Positions 30,683 through 40,671 of a DNA stretch of 64,000 nt are shown here, in pieces. How positions within the stretch are numbered: position 1 is the first letter of the stretch; each line of letters starts with the position of its first letter. The notes under the pieces were generated by a model that saw only the letters and a list, made by a program, of their open reading frames with translations, was not told the DNA's origin and did no database searches. A program made the position numbers and the translations under genes. The DNA is from a virus: positions 1 to 64,000 of the IMG/VR virus record IMGVR_UViG_3300035698_005082; one strand, written 5' to 3'.

Positions 30683-30686
30683 TTAT

Positions 30687-31256
30687 ATGAGCGCATATTC
30701 CAACTATTATACATCAGCTGACACATTGCTGTTTATCGAATCTTCAGATTCCAATAGCACCGGCCAGCAGGTTATGATTGACAAGTTAGATACTATAGTT
30801 TTTTCCGAAGGAGTATCGGCAAGACCTGTATATGGGGTCGGAAATCCCATATTTGGCTTTACGAATGTAGGGAATGTAATAGTGTCGGGAGAGATAGTCG
30901 TAAGATTTATACATCAGGATTATATGCTAAATGCAATAAAGCAAGCAATAACTGGCGATAAGACTCCTCAGACAAATAAGTTGAATAACTTTATGAGCTC
31001 ATCTGCTAGTGATGTTAGAGCAGCGCAACTGGAAGATAATAGATCTGCAAAAGTATTCGGGTCACGCCTATTAGATATGCCATACTATTTTGATTTTAGA
31101 CTTGTATTCAATAATGGAAACCTTTATCATAATGATATCAACAAAGAACTTGTAGTTAAGGACGTTCGTATTCTAGGATCAGAATTGATATCTAGCGTCT
31201 CAATGACCGGACCAGTTAATATAAAATACAAGTTTATAGCAAGAACAGTGAGATAA
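30687..31256 (+). CDS. Second tail tube paralogue
   Basis: RPVYGVG..FGFTNVGNVIVSGEI...FDFRLVF...FIAR shares the tube pattern. Confidence 0.65.
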   Translation: MSAYSNYYTSADTLLFIESSDSNSTGQQVMIDKLDTIVFSEGVSARPVYGVGNPIFGFTNVGNVIVSGEIVVRFIHQDYMLNAIKQAITGDKTPQTNKLNNFMSSSASDVRAAQLEDNRSAKVFGSRLLDMPYYFDFRLVFNNGNLYHNDINKELVVKDVRILGSELISSVSMTGPVNIKYKFIARTVR

Positions 31257-31258
31257 GA

Positions 31259-31741
31259 ATGTCTGAAAATGAAATCAATAGTGTACAAGGAATGCCTGTT
31301 AATAGTGGGGATGTAATCATGGATGATAATGATGAATTTCTGGAAGGTATTGAAGAAGAAGAAGTTGTAGCGCAGACTCCGCTAGAAGAACTAGAAGAAT
31401 TAGTATCAGGATTAGAAAATGCACCTAATAAACTTGACTTAGAACAGTGGAAAGATATACATGGACAGTTCTATGCATCTTCCGTAAACGGAGACGATGT
31501 ATTTATATGGAAAACATTAAGAAGGTTAGAATATCGTAGCATAGCAGCTAGTGGAGCATTAGAAAAGCAGGAGTCATTTGAAAATGCAGTTGCAAGAAAA
31601 TGTTTACTTTGGCCTAGTCCATCTCCACAATTTTTTGCTGGAGGAGATGCTGGAACTATACCAACATTATTTAAACAAGTAATGCATCAGTCTGGATTCA
31701 TATCAGATGAAGTAGCCATATCTATGATAAGAAGAGTTTAA
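31259..31741 (+). CDS. Putative tail assembly chaperone
   Basis: Acidic; WK..HG, FIWKTLRRLEY, CLLWP, AGTIPTL..QVM..SGF; lies between tube and tape-measure-like genes. Confidence 0.65.
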   Translation: MSENEINSVQGMPVNSGDVIMDDNDEFLEGIEEEEVVAQTPLEELEELVSGLENAPNKLDLEQWKDIHGQFYASSVNGDDVFIWKTLRRLEYRSIAASGALEKQESFENAVARKCLLWPSPSPQFFAGGDAGTIPTLFKQVMHQSGFISDEVAISMIRRV

Positions 31742-31744
31742 TAG

Positions 31745-32257
31745 ATGAACTTAGTCTCGTTAGGTAGCGAGAAGATGGCAATATCATTCAATGATCTAGA
31801 GATTACTATAAACGATATGTTATATCGTAATCTAACATTTATAGTAAGATTGCTTACCTATGATGAGTTATCTAGGGTTAATATGATTAACACAGATAAT
31901 AGTCTCATAAATATAGTTATAGAAGAAGATATTTACAATCTTGCTGTGGAGCAGGTTGTTGGCATAGACGAAGAGATAGATGTTGAGAGTATGGAGGCTG
32001 GTATAGTATCAACTATATCAGGCATAATACTTAATAGTAGCAACTTCTATTTCAATGACCCATTAGCATCAGTAGATAAAGAATCAACTGGTTCTACAAT
32101 ATTCAACCAGATGCAATTAGTAGTTGCAAAGAATTATAATATCCAGTTCAAAGACATATTATCTATGCCAATAGATGAGCTTGTCCGCAAGTTTTCTTTA
32201 TATCAGACAACATATCCCAATGAAGCGTTGAGCTTCAGCAATAATCAAGATGCATGA
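31745..32257 (+). CDS. Second putative tail assembly chaperone (distant paralogue of the previous gene)
   Basis: FIVRLLTYDE and AGIVSTISGIILNSS echo the motifs of 31259..31741. Confidence 0.5.
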   Translation: MNLVSLGSEKMAISFNDLEITINDMLYRNLTFIVRLLTYDELSRVNMINTDNSLINIVIEEDIYNLAVEQVVGIDEEIDVESMEAGIVSTISGIILNSSNFYFNDPLASVDKESTGSTIFNQMQLVVAKNYNIQFKDILSMPIDELVRKFSLYQTTYPNEALSFSNNQDA

Positions 32258-34226
32258 TACAGAATATTCCACACCTATCATACAAATCGCCTCAGCCAGT
32301 ACAATCTCTAAGCAAAGAGAGGAAGAAAGGCGTAAGGACGCTTTAGACAAGTTTCTTATTACGGGTGGCACAGTAATGGGTGCTGCATATGCATCTAAAA
32401 AACTACTTAATAATCCAACAATTAGTAAGTTCTTCAAGCTATCAGTTCTTGAAGCTTCACTAAATGAGACAGCCCAGGGAACATCCTGGAATGACTTATT
32501 TTCAGATAAATCAAATACAAGAAAGCCATCACATTTAATACTGGAAGCAGTAAGAAAAGTTGAGGAGCTTTCTCCTTTCAGAATCTTTAGAACTCTACAG
32601 CTATCCCATGTCATGACCCCATTTGTAACGGGCAAAGATGTAGCAGTAGACATAACTGGAGACATGATAGTATCACAAGAAAAATACTTTAAAAGCCTAC
32701 TGTCTTCAAGAGGGGAAGTAGAGCTGTCTGATAAACACAAGGTTTATGGCCTAAGATTAGAAAATGGTAAACTGTATGAGAAAACAGCAGATGGAAAAAC
32801 TGGAAGCCTAGTAGCAAAAGAAGCTAGATTAATACTACCTCACTTTGCATTACCAAAAGATGATAATTCTAAAGAGCTAGTCTATGCAAATAAAGTGCTT
32901 AGACATTATCAAGAGATAGTGGGTGGAGGAGTAAAGGATCAATTTCATAATCTGGTTGGATCAGACATATCTCCTTTTACAGTCATTGCAGGCAAGTCTC
33001 AATCTCAAATATCATATGATATGTTCAGATCATATTCAAGAGTAGTGATGGAGCGTGGAGCCAAGGTGTGGGATAACCCACTAGAATCTATAGTAGACTT
33101 CCTACCACATGCTGAAAATGCCAAGTGGCATAAAAACTTAAAGAAATTTTCTCAGATAAATATAGGAACTGGTGGTCAATATAGGCAATCAGTTCCCAAG
33201 TCATTACTAATGATGGCGAAAAATCAGAAGAAGGTTCTTGCAGCAGTGGCTGGATACAATATCTTAGATGCAGTAGTTTCTTCATCTGCTACGGAAGATG
33301 GTTCATTTAGTGGTGGCCTATTAGAAGGTACTGCTACGGCTGCAGTAAATACACAAATAGCGTTTGCAGAAGTGTGGTCTGATAAGTTTCAAGATTATAG
33401 GGATGCGCAAGAATATTTAGCACCCGGATCTACATCTTTAATGACGATGGCAGGACTACCATTAGCATTAGGCACAGCAGCAGGTACAGCTTCTTATGCG
33501 ACAAGGCTGTACCAAAGTGCAAAGAGTGGAATAGATGCATCGGAAGTATCAGCAGAAAAGCTAATAAAAGTATTCCCAGAGAAGATGGATAAATATCTTC
33601 CAAAAGTCATATCATCTCTTAAAGCATCAAGATCAAAGAGATGGGGAATAAGAGCTGGCCTGATTGGCCTAGCTCTTGAGGCACCGTTCATACCAGGAGC
33701 ACTAATAGGTGAGGGTTCAGAAAGCTTAAAGGATAAGTATTCTGGAAAAGAAGATGTTGCAGTAAGAGCAAATAGATGGTGGTTTACAGGTTCTGGAGAT
33801 TATGGTGGAGATCATATAAAGTACTTTGATAAACATTGGTATGCAAAACTGATGGCCAAAACAAAGACGAAATCCCTATATGGAGATGACGAAACAAAGG
33901 CTGGTCTTAATCCAATACTACACCCATTAGACTTTTTAAAAGATCCATACAAATTTGAGAAGATGCATTCAGAAGATAGACCATACCCAGTTTGGGGAAT
34001 GGACATATCTACTGGATCATTTCTAGGAAAGGCATTTGAAAAAACAGTTGGTGCATTGTTAAAGCCAGATGTAATAAATCCTAGATTAGCAGAAGAACTT
34101 AGAGATGTAGAACCAGGAACCGTAGTCCGTAATGATCACACAATAACTAATAAAGGTATTAGTAGAGCATTGGCAACAGATACATTCTCTGTTGCTTACC
34201 AATATCGGAAGGTGATGTTTCATTAA
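32250..34226 (+). CDS. Tape-measure-like/ejected protein, N-terminal part (reading frame broken near 34195)
   Basis: Position after the chaperones; several Gly/Ala hydrophobic segments; continues in the -1 frame. Confidence 0.65.
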   Translation: MHDTEYSTPIIQIASASTISKQREEERRKDALDKFLITGGTVMGAAYASKKLLNNPTISKFFKLSVLEASLNETAQGTSWNDLFSDKSNTRKPSHLILEAVRKVEELSPFRIFRTLQLSHVMTPFVTGKDVAVDITGDMIVSQEKYFKSLLSSRGEVELSDKHKVYGLRLENGKLYEKTADGKTGSLVAKEARLILPHFALPKDDNSKELVYANKVLRHYQEIVGGGVKDQFHNLVGSDISPFTVIAGKSQSQISYDMFRSYSRVVMERGAKVWDNPLESIVDFLPHAENAKWHKNLKKFSQINIGTGGQYRQSVPKSLLMMAKNQKKVLAAVAGYNILDAVVSSSATEDGSFSGGLLEGTATAAVNTQIAFAEVWSDKFQDYRDAQEYLAPGSTSLMTMAGLPLALGTAAGTASYATRLYQSAKSGIDASEVSAEKLIKVFPEKMDKYLPKVISSLKASRSKRWGIRAGLIGLALEAPFIPGALIGEGSESLKDKYSGKEDVAVRANRWWFTGSGDYGGDHIKYFDKHWYAKLMAKTKTKSLYGDDETKAGLNPILHPLDFLKDPYKFEKMHSEDRPYPVWGMDISTGSFLGKAFEKTVGALLKPDVINPRLAEELRDVEPGTVVRNDHTITNKGISRALATDTFSVAYQYRKVMFH

Positions 34227-36028
34227 TAGAAGAAGGAAAGCTCATAGCCCCAGCAGCAGCTACATATGATCCAGCAAGTGAAGCATTATCATGGTCGTGG
34301 GAAGCTTTTAAAGACTTCATAGGTATAAAGGGTTGGTTGTTAGGTGTAAGTGAAGAAGCGTTAAGTGTACCATCCTCTCAGGTGCCACCACAGCTAGCTA
34401 GGTCGGGCGAAATGACCAACATTGGTAGACGCATTAAGGATTCTAATGTAGGCGGCTTATTTGGCCTTACAGAGCCTCAGAGAAGATTCATACCAACATC
34501 AGCAGATGTAACAAGAGATAGGATAAATCCATTAAGAAATGATATGCCATCATGGCTTCCTGGCGATGATGATAACTTCTGGCTAAATTTGCAGAAAGGA
34601 GATCCTTTCACTAAAATAGAGCATTCAGAATCTAGGCTACCAGGTGCTGGATATGAATCATTACATAAAGAGATTACAGGTATTAATCCAGAAGACTATC
34701 CAGATATATTTAAACTAAAAATATTATCTGACGTAGCAATGGGTTCTGATGCATATTATGATGTTAGGAATAGAGTAGAAAAAAGAGAATCAGAAAATGG
34801 ATTAACTAAATACGAGTCAGGTATGCTGTCTACTATAAGAGAGCAGGAATCCAAAAGGTCTGTAAAAAGACAATTCTCTGAATATAAAACAGACAGAGAA
34901 CTTACTGGAACTAGTTTTGTACAAAAAGTTGCTAACTCTTATTGGGAATCAGTATCACATGGCGCAGAAAGAGTTTTGCCATCAGAATTCCTAACATTCT
35001 TTAGACCCGCAGGCAAGCTAATTCATCAAAGAACCGCAATAGAAGACTATGAAAGAACCCAGCTGGAAGGATCAGACATGGCTATTTGGACAAAGCCATT
35101 CGATCACTTTATTAAACCGGCAGCAGTATCCGCAAGAAGAATGGTTGACGGAGACTTTATATCAGAAGAGGTAGACAACAGAAGAGATATAGATAGATAC
35201 TTCGATACTCTTGAATATGTTAAGCAAAGAAGATTGTATAAAGAAGCTGTAAGGTCAGGCAGTTCTGGAGATGCCAGAACAGCTCAGGCAGCATATCAGA
35301 AAACTGTAGAAGGCGCATTAACTTCTAGTATAGACACTGATACTGAAATCCTAAGATCATATATATCTCTACCAGATCAAGAGAAGCCATATTTCTCATC
35401 ATTTGTAAATGCCAAGTCCGGAGATAGACAAAAGATATTAGACATATCTCCAGACAGAATCTCTGATCTATACAAAGTCATATGGTCAAGAAAAGATATT
35501 CTAGATAAAGCAATAGAGTCTGGAGCAACTGCTGAGAATGCAAATTATGAAGTTAAAAAAAGGGTGGCTGAAGAAGAGTCATTATTACAATCTGAATATA
35601 GTGACGAATATAAAGCTTGGCTAGATATGAAAGACAAAAGAGCTAGTACGTTTAGAGAACATTTGGCTGATACAAATGCTGAAGCATATTTAACTAATAC
35701 TGCTGGCATACCTGGGAAAGATTTTTCTGGATGGGATCCAAGAATAGATATGGACAGGATAAAGCTGCGAGCATTAACAATAGGGAATGAAGATTTCTTT
35801 AAGTTTGGGTTTTGGAAAAGTGATATAAGCGAACTAGAAAGATATACTTCTGTAAATAGCGACAAGGAAGTAGAGGACATAGCAGAAAGAATAAGGGATG
35901 AGCAAAGAGCGAAAATACATATACAATCCCAGATGGAAGACGCACTATTTAGCGAAGGCTATGAAATTAAAAGAATCTCTATAGAAGAAGGACGTGGAGA
36001 TATTGACATGAGTATAGAGAGAACGTGA
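34166..36028 (+). CDS. Tape-measure-like/ejected protein, C-terminal part (-1 frame continuation)
   Basis: Frame is open from 34166, well before the listed TTG 34337, and reads LPISEGDVSLIEEGKLIAPAAATYDPASEALSWSWEAFKDFIG. Fused product would be about 1259 aa. Confidence 0.65.
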   Translation, partial: SIGNRYILCCLPISEGDVSLIEEGKLIAPAAATYDPASEALSWSWEAFKDFIGIKGWLLGVSEEALSVPSSQVPPQLARSGEMTNIGRRIKDSNVGGLFGLTEPQRRFIPTSADVTRDRINPLRNDMPSWLPGDDDNFWLNLQKGDPFTKIEHSESRLPGAGYESLHKEITGINPEDYPDIFKLKILSDVAMGSDAYYDVRNRVEKRESENGLTKYESGMLSTIREQESKRSVKRQFSEYKTDRELTGTSFVQKVANSYWESVSHGAERVLPSEFLTFFRPAGKLIHQRTAIEDYERTQLEGSDMAIWTKPFDHFIKPAAVSARRMVDGDFISEEVDNRRDIDRYFDTLEYVKQRRLYKEAVRSGSSGDARTAQAAYQKTVEGALTSSIDTDTEILRSYISLPDQEKPYFSSFVNAKSGDRQKILDISPDRISDLYKVIWSRKDILDKAIESGATAENANYEVKKRVAEEESLLQSEYSDEYKAWLDMKDKRASTFREHLADTNAEAYLTNTAGIPGKDFSGWDPRIDMDRIKLRALTIGNEDFFKFGFWKSDISELERYTSVNSDKEVEDIAERIRDEQRAKIHIQSQMEDALFSEGYEIKRISIEEGRGDIDMSIERT

Positions 36029-39000
36029 TGGCATATGACCCATATAAAGAACTTAATAAAATAAATAAATTCTTGGGACCAAAAGCTCCGATATTGGCCG
36101 GTGTTGCTTTTGGTGCTTGGTCGCAAGATGGACAAGATAATCCGTATGCTTCCGTAGCAGCGGCAGCGATAGGTGCATATACTGCACATGCAATAGCTCC
36201 AGATATTCAGAATCTATACAAGGCACTAACTCCAGAAAGGGTAAGTCTTGATGCCTTGAGGTCTAGAGAAATAGATATGAGTAATGCTCGTAGTACAGCA
36301 TTGGGAAATGCTTTAGACTCTATGAATAGGGCATTTGAAACTAATATAGTTAACGAGCCAATGCCATTAGATATATTAAGACACAATATGTCTGTAATGT
36401 TTAATGCTGCATTCTCGTCTATGACTGACGATGAATTAATACCTGGAGTACAGGCATTAATGTCTTCTGTATCTACAGATAGAAAGAAGGCTCTAGAGAT
36501 AAGGGATGTTCTCATTAATAGATCCAAAATAAATTCTATTAGTGGTGCAACGATACCCGATACGGAAAGAAAGACAATACCAATAAAGCCTAGTGATAGC
36601 ATCGAGAATATAAACGAAAAGCTATTTAAGCACTTTAGCCAAGAATTAAACAATCCAGAATCTATTGCTAAATCAAAAGCAGACAGTATGTCTAAGGCAC
36701 TACTAGGTAAGAATGCAAAAATAGAAGGGCACTCTCTGACTATAAAGACACCAGATGGTGCAAGGTCTAGCGAGAGGATATCATTGACTGGCTATAAAGC
36801 AGATGGTACCAAGTTCAGTAGAAGAAACGGAGTAGATTTCATATCGAGATCATTTAATCCACTAGGGGAAATGTTCGCAGATGGTAAACAAATAACAGAC
36901 TACGAGACAGGATCATCTAATAATACTAGAATAAGTGTTGGGATGGCAACAGCCAAACATGACCCAGAAGAGTTAATAGGCCTTTTCCATAAATATAATA
37001 ATGGAATATCTGATGCCGAGTGGGCAAAGATATCTAATAAGACAGATTCATTAAATATATATTCAGCAACAGACTCAAGAGTTCCAGAAGGAATGTCATT
37101 TTATGAAATGGATAGTTCTGGATATGGCAGACGCATATCTGGAACAATAGACATGAATGTAACATTTTCTCAATCAGAAGATACTGGCAAGGTGACTATT
37201 GGTTCAATGGATACCTCAATAGAGATAGGCGAAGAGAGTTCTAAATACAGTAAGTTTCTGGATAGGGTATCTAAGCAACTAGGCTATGACCCGCAAGTTG
37301 GGCAGAGCCCCAACTCTTTAGGCTTAATAACAGCATATTCAGATAAGGATAATCTATATAATCCTGGTCTGTATCACGCAGAAGCACGAGGAGCAACATC
37401 TGTGAGCTATAGAGACCATTTACCGTTTTCAGTATCATCTTCTGAATACCTTAAGCAAATAGCCGGAAAAGATTCAAGAGTAAATGCATTGAGAACATCG
37501 GCATCACATGGATACAGAATACATATGTCTGAAACTATGGGAGAAGCTGTGTCACAATTATTTGGCAATAAGCTAACAATAGCTGATGGGCATGGTATAG
37601 CGAACCCAGGAGAAAGAAAAAGCTTTAGTGGTAGACAGCTAACATCGGTAAGTATTGGTAACACTGGCGATTCAATAAATCCAAAATATCTCTTATCTAT
37701 GGGCCTACCAGAAGAAGTTCTAAATATGACACCAGTACAGCTAAAGACTTATTTGCAAAATAATTCAATAACTGTACAAGCAGGACAGGTGCTAGGATAT
37801 GACGAAAGCAGAAGAGCTTCTAGATTGAAATCCCATTTTACTTCCGGTAGATTAATAAACATAGTAAAAAATGATAAAGGAATAAAACTTGTTTTTTCTG
37901 GTAAATATAGACCAGAAGATTGGATCAAGATATTTGGAGCATCGTCTAAGTCTGGTTTGACTTTTGCTGACACTCGTATGCAGTTTCAGGAAATGGGAGC
38001 ACTAGCCCTAGCAGAATCAAGGGGAGATATAACTATAAGAAAAGATGGACCAGGGAATATCAGAGTTCTTGCCTCAACAAGAGTATTGGGTGTTAAATCT
38101 AAAAAAGATAAGGTAGAGAATTTGGATCTAAACACATTCATGCAGCGATGGAAGAATAGTCCAACACGTAATAGATATATCAAGGAAGCAGCCGGGGCAC
38201 ATATGATACAAGGCTGGGATGAGGTTGGACAAAAGAATATATCTACATTATTAAACGGAAGTGCTGAAGAAGGGCTAGAAATAGTAAGAGGATTAGGACA
38301 ATCACTTAAGGGAAAAGGTCTAGATGATGAGATCCTAGAGATGGCATTGCTGGGGGATTCTAGAGGAGACAGAATAGAAAAAGCTAATATAATGAGAACC
38401 ATACTTATGACATCTAGTGAGAAGTCTTCTCAAGATATGTTTCTGACTGCAGCAGAGTACTCTGCAAGATCTGGTAATACAGAAGATGTAAACTTCTTAA
38501 GCGGTCTAGAGAATAGAAATGGACTAGTGTCAACAGATGAAAGGGATAGACTGAGGGGGATAATAACTCAGGCGTATAAGGGGACAGAGGGTAAATCATA
38601 TACACAGTTTACACCGGATATGGGAGAAGCCATACATGGTGCTGGAAAGTCTGGATCTATGTCTAGACTTGAGTATTCAATGCTTAAAGCAATAGGTCAT
38701 AATATGAGTATCTTTGATGCTGTCACACAGCAGAATTCAGAAGCATTATATGAGTTGTCGATGATACACAAGTCCGATAGAAGCGGAAACTTCTCTGCTA
38801 AATCATTTTCTGAAGGCACCGATATATCAGAGGTAATGAGACAGGCATTTAGAACTAAAGCAGAAGATAGGCTTGGGTATCTATCTAGGGCAGGCATGAG
38901 TGAAAACATAGCTGATGAAGCCGCTAGGTACACACTGGCTAATCCCATAAAAGGGATAGCATCTATACCACTGGCCCTAGTAGAAACTGGGCATAGTGGG

Positions 39001-40671
39001 CTTAAGGAGTACGGTGGAAAAGAAATACTAATGAGCATAGAGAAGGCAAGAGAAGCAGTGATTAATGCAGACATTGACGTATCAAATGCTAGAAGTAGTA
39101 AGTATAAAGATGGAGCAATGGTTAGACTATCAGCAGCAGCTGATGAGTTAATAGGATACCAGAAACAAGCCATGTCTGGAGATAACAATATAAAGAAGAC
39201 TGCAGCAAAAAGAGCTGCCGATGGTTCTTTACTATTAACAGCACGCCCAGTAGGTGGTAGTGCCGACGCGGCAGTTGGTAGTGTAAAGAATATAGCTTAT
39301 ATATCAGAAGGAATGGCTAAGAGATTATATTCAAATCATGGTTTTAAATATGAAAATCTATCTGAAGATATGGGTAATGGCATTAGTAGACTAAGGACTG
39401 AGAATGGCAATAACTTCATGGCACAGATATCAAGAGAGCCTGTACAGGGCCCATACTCTTCGATGGGATATGAGATCAGAGTAGACAGTAGTCTTAGAGA
39501 TAATAGTCAACACATATATATACCGCAAAGCGGAAAGCTAATAAATGCCTTTACATTTTTAGACTATGACGCTGACCATCTTAGAATGTTACCACTATTA
39601 GGCCTATCTGCTGCTGAAGAAAAAGCTTATATTAGCACCAATGAAGCGCTAGTAGGACACGCTCAAGATGCTATAGAAATACAGAAGAGCCTTGGTATAA
39701 AAGGTGTATCTAAGCATATCGATGTATTATCTCAGTTCGGATCAGTAGGAGAGAAGATTAGGCAAATGATGAAAGCTGGAGAGACGGCTAGGATTAGAAA
39801 GATAGATTCTCCAGAGGTAACAAGGATAGTTGAAGAGTTTGGGGCCGCATTAGACATGAAAGATATTGAAGGAGCAAGAGGACTTATGCCAAGAGTCCTT
39901 GCTCACAATCTTACAGAAAATCTTATAAAATCTTCCCATAAAGAGGTTGGTGGAAATATGTCTGGAGCAGTGCAGGCGATAGAAGCGGCACAATCCAGGT
40001 TCGCTTCAGATAAGAATAAAGATATATATAGAGCATCCATGATAAGGATAGTAGACGACACCATTGGCGGAGAAGTTGAGAACCTATCTCCAGAACTACA
40101 GGCTAGATATACACAGGGATTGGATGATTTAATTGATGCACACATACAGCATGGTCCAGATGTTAAAACATTTATGGGTGATAAGAATTCTAAGAGAATA
40201 GTGGATCAAATTGGAATATCGGAAATGATAGAAGACACAGTATTGCAAGATGGCAATGGTCCAGTACCAAGTTCAAGAGGTGAAATAACACCGAGAAGCG
40301 CAGGTACGGCATCAAAAAAGATGCTAAATGATTCTATTCGGGATACAATGGGGATGCTATCCAAGAACAAAAGATTGCTTACAGCATCAGCAGTCGGACT
40401 TGGCGCTCTAAGTATACTGACCAGGGATACGCCAGATCAACTAGCATCAAGCTCTCCAGGATCTTCAAATGGGGCACAGCCACTACAGCCACTTTCTAAC
40501 GAAACAGCTTATACTAGAAAGTATAATCCAAAAAAACAATACTCAGCATCAGCAGATGTAAGATCTCCAAGTTCAAATATAAATACAGCCTCTATAGATA
40601 GAGCATTATTTGGTGACAGGATAGGACAAGTATCTGTGAATATAAACGATAAGAATAGAGACTATTTATGA
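36025..40671 (+). CDS. Candidate single-chain two-barrel (beta+beta'-like) virion RNA polymerase
   Basis: Ordered motifs: IADG, VQAGQVLG, SGRLINI..IKLVF..KIFGASSK (beta-like); AAKRAADGS, AYISEGMAKRL, SREP, IYIP, LDYDADHL (beta'-like). Hydrophobic N- and C-terminal segments. Confidence 0.75.
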   Translation: MMAYDPYKELNKINKFLGPKAPILAGVAFGAWSQDGQDNPYASVAAAAIGAYTAHAIAPDIQNLYKALTPERVSLDALRSREIDMSNARSTALGNALDSMNRAFETNIVNEPMPLDILRHNMSVMFNAAFSSMTDDELIPGVQALMSSVSTDRKKALEIRDVLINRSKINSISGATIPDTERKTIPIKPSDSIENINEKLFKHFSQELNNPESIAKSKADSMSKALLGKNAKIEGHSLTIKTPDGARSSERISLTGYKADGTKFSRRNGVDFISRSFNPLGEMFADGKQITDYETGSSNNTRISVGMATAKHDPEELIGLFHKYNNGISDAEWAKISNKTDSLNIYSATDSRVPEGMSFYEMDSSGYGRRISGTIDMNVTFSQSEDTGKVTIGSMDTSIEIGEESSKYSKFLDRVSKQLGYDPQVGQSPNSLGLITAYSDKDNLYNPGLYHAEARGATSVSYRDHLPFSVSSSEYLKQIAGKDSRVNALRTSASHGYRIHMSETMGEAVSQLFGNKLTIADGHGIANPGERKSFSGRQLTSVSIGNTGDSINPKYLLSMGLPEEVLNMTPVQLKTYLQNNSITVQAGQVLGYDESRRASRLKSHFTSGRLINIVKNDKGIKLVFSGKYRPEDWIKIFGASSKSGLTFADTRMQFQEMGALALAESRGDITIRKDGPGNIRVLASTRVLGVKSKKDKVENLDLNTFMQRWKNSPTRNRYIKEAAGAHMIQGWDEVGQKNISTLLNGSAEEGLEIVRGLGQSLKGKGLDDEILEMALLGDSRGDRIEKANIMRTILMTSSEKSSQDMFLTAAEYSARSGNTEDVNFLSGLENRNGLVSTDERDRLRGIITQAYKGTEGKSYTQFTPDMGEAIHGAGKSGSMSRLEYSMLKAIGHNMSIFDAVTQQNSEALYELSMIHKSDRSGNFSAKSFSEGTDISEVMRQAFRTKAEDRLGYLSRAGMSENIADEAARYTLANPIKGIASIPLALVETGHSGLKEYGGKEILMSIEKAREAVINADIDVSNARSSKYKDGAMVRLSAAADELIGYQKQAMSGDNNIKKTAAKRAADGSLLLTARPVGGSADAAVGSVKNIAYISEGMAKRLYSNHGFKYENLSEDMGNGISRLRTENGNNFMAQISREPVQGPYSSMGYEIRVDSSLRDNSQHIYIPQSGKLINAFTFLDYDADHLRMLPLLGLSAAEEKAYISTNEALVGHAQDAIEIQKSLGIKGVSKHIDVLSQFGSVGEKIRQMMKAGETARIRKIDSPEVTRIVEEFGAALDMKDIEGARGLMPRVLAHNLTENLIKSSHKEVGGNMSGAVQAIEAAQSRFASDKNKDIYRASMIRIVDDTIGGEVENLSPELQARYTQGLDDLIDAHIQHGPDVKTFMGDKNSKRIVDQIGISEMIEDTVLQDGNGPVPSSRGEITPRSAGTASKKMLNDSIRDTMGMLSKNKRLLTASAVGLGALSILTRDTPDQLASSSPGSSNGAQPLQPLSNETAYTRKYNPKKQYSASADVRSPSSNINTASIDRALFGDRIGQVSVNINDKNRDYL

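Noticed and set aside
31739-31747. Possible read-through or frameshift fusion of the two chaperone genes
   Set aside because: They share a frame but are separated by two consecutive stops (TAA TAG) before the ATG, and no slippery site is evident.
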